Position numbers and translations under genes: made by a program. From an uncultured Oscillospiraceae bacterium (lineage in GTDB: Bacteria; Bacillota; Clostridia; Oscillospirales; Acutalibacteraceae): 64,000 nt of DNA. Positions within the stretch are counted from its first letter, which is position 1, and each line of letters opens with the position of its first letter. Location: contig UQBX01000005.1 in assembly GCA_900539425.1 (NCBI GenBank), positions 20,908 through 84,907 on the forward strand, given 5' to 3'. Of the stretch, positions 62,084-64,000 are shown one piece after another. The notes below the pieces were generated by a model. That model worked only from the letters and a program-made list of their open reading frames with translations. It had not been told where the DNA came from and ran no database searches.

Positions 62084-62974
62084 ATGGAACTCAGAGTGCT
62101 CAGATATTTTCTCATGACTGCGCGCGAAGAGAATATAACGAAAGCGGCGGCATTGCTGCATATAACACAGCCTACTCTGTCCCGTCAGCTAATGCAGCTT
62201 GAGGAAGAGCTGGGAGTGAAACTTTTCAGCAGAAGCAACCATAATATAAAACTCACAGAGGACGGAATGCTTTTGCGGCGCCGTGCGCAGGAGCTTGTTT
62301 CCCTTGCAGATAAAACGATAGAGGAACTGTCCGGAGACAGTCACGAACTCTCAGGCGAAATATCCATAGGCTGCGGAGAAACACGCAATATGGATTTTTT
62401 ATCTGCTCAGATAGCTCAGTTCAGGCAAAAACATCCCCGTATTCATTTCACTATATATACGGCAAATGCTGATGACATAAAAGAACGCATAGAAAAGGGC
62501 CTGCTTGACATGGGACTTCTTATGGAACCCGTTGATATAAGCAGATATGAATTTGCGCGTATGCCCGTAAAAGAGAGATGGGCGGTAATGGTTAGGGAAG
62601 ATTCTCCGCTGGCAAAAAAAGAATTTGTAACTCCGAGTGATTTGGCTGATATTCCGCTTATATTTGTATACAGAGAGACTGTTAAACAGGAGCTTGCGGG
62701 CTGGTTTGGCAAATATTATGATAATATTGAAACAGCTGTTTCTTATAATCTTGTCAGAAACGCAGTAAGCATGGTGCAAAACGGCGTAGGAGCCGCTATA
62801 TGCTATGTTCTTGACGATGAATATAAAGGCGTTAAAACCATACCTCTTTCTCCGCCGCTGGAAGCGGGAGCAGTGCTCGCGTGGAAAAAAGAACAGCCGT
62901 CATCAGCTGCATGCTCTGAATTTATACAAGAAGTCAGGAAATGTATTTCAGGTATGCCTGATGATACAATATAA
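62084..62974 (+). CDS. LysR-family transcriptional regulator.
   Basis: N-terminal HTH …ENITKAAALLHITQPTLSRQLMQLEEELGVKLF…. Confidence 0.85.
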   Translation: MELRVLRYFLMTAREENITKAAALLHITQPTLSRQLMQLEEELGVKLFSRSNHNIKLTEDGMLLRRRAQELVSLADKTIEELSGDSHELSGEISIGCGETRNMDFLSAQIAQFRQKHPRIHFTIYTANADDIKERIEKGLLDMGLLMEPVDISRYEFARMPVKERWAVMVREDSPLAKKEFVTPSDLADIPLIFVYRETVKQELAGWFGKYYDNIETAVSYNLVRNAVSMVQNGVGAAICYVLDDEYKGVKTIPLSPPLEAGAVLAWKKEQPSSAACSEFIQEVRKCISGMPDDTI

Positions 62975-63108
62975 GTATTTTACATGATAAATAAACAGGG
63001 TTAAAATAAGGGTGTACCGTGAAAGCGGCAGAAAAATATCTGCGGCTTAATCGGTATGCCTTTTCTTTTTGCTCGGGAAAGGAAGCTGATTGTGGGAGGA
63101 GCCGCAGT

Positions 63109-63450
63109 ATGACACTTTTTGAAATTAGTGAAAAATACAATATTCCGCCTGAAATAATAAAGGAATATGAGCATCGCTTCCTTTGCGGTAAATATGAAAA
63201 TACTGCGGGGCCCCATGAGTACAGCGATGAGGATATTGAAAATCTCAGCATTATTATCACACTGCGTGATATCGGTTTTTCAGCAGAAGAAACAGACAGG
63301 TATATGAGGGCAAAGCTCAGCGGTAAAAAAGATAGCTCTTTGTTCTGTATGCTTTGCGAAAAAAGAAATTCACTGCTGTGCCAGATACATTCCATGGAGG
63401 ATAAGCTTCAGCGTCTTGATTATTTAAAATATAAACTTACAGGTTTATGA
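63109..63450 (+). CDS. MerR-family transcriptional regulator.
   Basis: N-terminal HTH MTLFEISEKYNIPPEIIKEYE… plus a C-terminal coiled coil; RBS gggagga. Confidence 0.6.
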   Translation: MTLFEISEKYNIPPEIIKEYEHRFLCGKYENTAGPHEYSDEDIENLSIIITLRDIGFSAEETDRYMRAKLSGKKDSSLFCMLCEKRNSLLCQIHSMEDKLQRLDYLKYKLTGL

Positions 63451-63471
63451 GGTAATGAAAGGTGAGTTGAT

Positions 63472-64000
63472 ATGAAATATGTAAAACTGGGAAATTCTGA
63501 TTTATCAGTTTCAAGAATATGTTTGGGCTGCATGGGTTTCGGGGATCCCCAAAACGGACAGCATTCATGGACTGTGGGCAGAGAAAAGACCGAAGAAATA
63601 GTTAAACACGCCGTTGAACAGGGAATAAATTTCTTCGATACTGCACTTGTATATCAGAACGGCACAAGCGAGCAGTATCTGGGGCAGGCGTTAAAAAAAT
63701 ACCTGCCGCGGGATAAAGCCGTTATTGCAACCAAGTTTTTGCCTCGAACTCCTCAGGAAATAAATGAAAATGTTTCCGGGCAGGAGCATATAAGGCATAT
63801 GTTAGACAAAAGCCTTATGAATTTGGGCACGGATTATGTTGACCTTTATATTTACCATATGTGGGATTACAATACTCCTCTTTATGAGATAATGGAAGGG
63901 CTTAATAATGCCGTGAAAGAAGGTAAGGCAAGATATATAGGCATTTCTAACTGTTATGCGTATCAGCTTGCGAAGGCAAATGCCCTTGCAGAGAAAGAAA
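63472..64000 (+). CDS. Aldo/keto reductase, 3'-truncated at the window end.
   Basis: MKYVKLGNSDLSVSRICLGCMGFG…INFFDTALVYQNGTSEQ…. Confidence 0.8.
   Translation, partial: MKYVKLGNSDLSVSRICLGCMGFGDPQNGQHSWTVGREKTEEIVKHAVEQGINFFDTALVYQNGTSEQYLGQALKKYLPRDKAVIATKFLPRTPQEINENVSGQEHIRHMLDKSLMNLGTDYVDLYIYHMWDYNTPLYEIMEGLNNAVKEGKARYIGISNCYAYQLAKANALAEKE

Overview
This looks like a chromosomal stretch from a low-GC Firmicute, probably a spore-forming Clostridia (Oscillospiraceae/Ruminococcaceae-like). The first ~45 kb is mostly core genome. It carries the 3' end of rpoB and rpoC, the str operon (rpsL-rpsG-fusA-tuf), a RecD2 helicase, and an MreB-paralog/CobO/ECF-transporter operon. It also carries a large acidic LPNTG cell-wall-anchored protein, galE, proS, a complete F1Fo ATP synthase operon (atpBEFHAGDC, no atpI), and rnfCDGEAB followed by apbE, a NusG-II gene, a Gx-transporter gene and a gamma-CA gene. 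A rubredoxin-flavin reductase and desulfoferrodoxin pair follow. From ~45.0 to 60.9 kb the sequence becomes visibly more AT-rich and encodes a tightly packed Wzx/Wzy-type glycan biosynthesis island. The island has a priming phosphoglycosyltransferase, three GT4, four paralogous GT2 (one fused to a polysaccharide pyruvyl transferase), a GT14-family enzyme, Wzy, Wzx and an acyltransferase-3. Its two lead genes are unusual: an HpcH/HpaI-family aldolase and an Ldh_2-family 2-hydroxyacid dehydrogenase. The window ends with a Spo0A homologue that has an atypical receiver acid pocket, a LysR regulator, a MerR regulator and a partial aldo-keto reductase. Other oddities are an acyltransferase-3 gene inserted after tuf between two identical terminator hairpins, a Cof-HAD::DUF523(TudS-like) fusion protein, and a metallophosphoesterase and a Zn-phospholipase-C-like ORF separated only by one in-frame TAA. 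No rRNA/tRNA genes, CRISPR arrays, or IS/transposase genes were seen.
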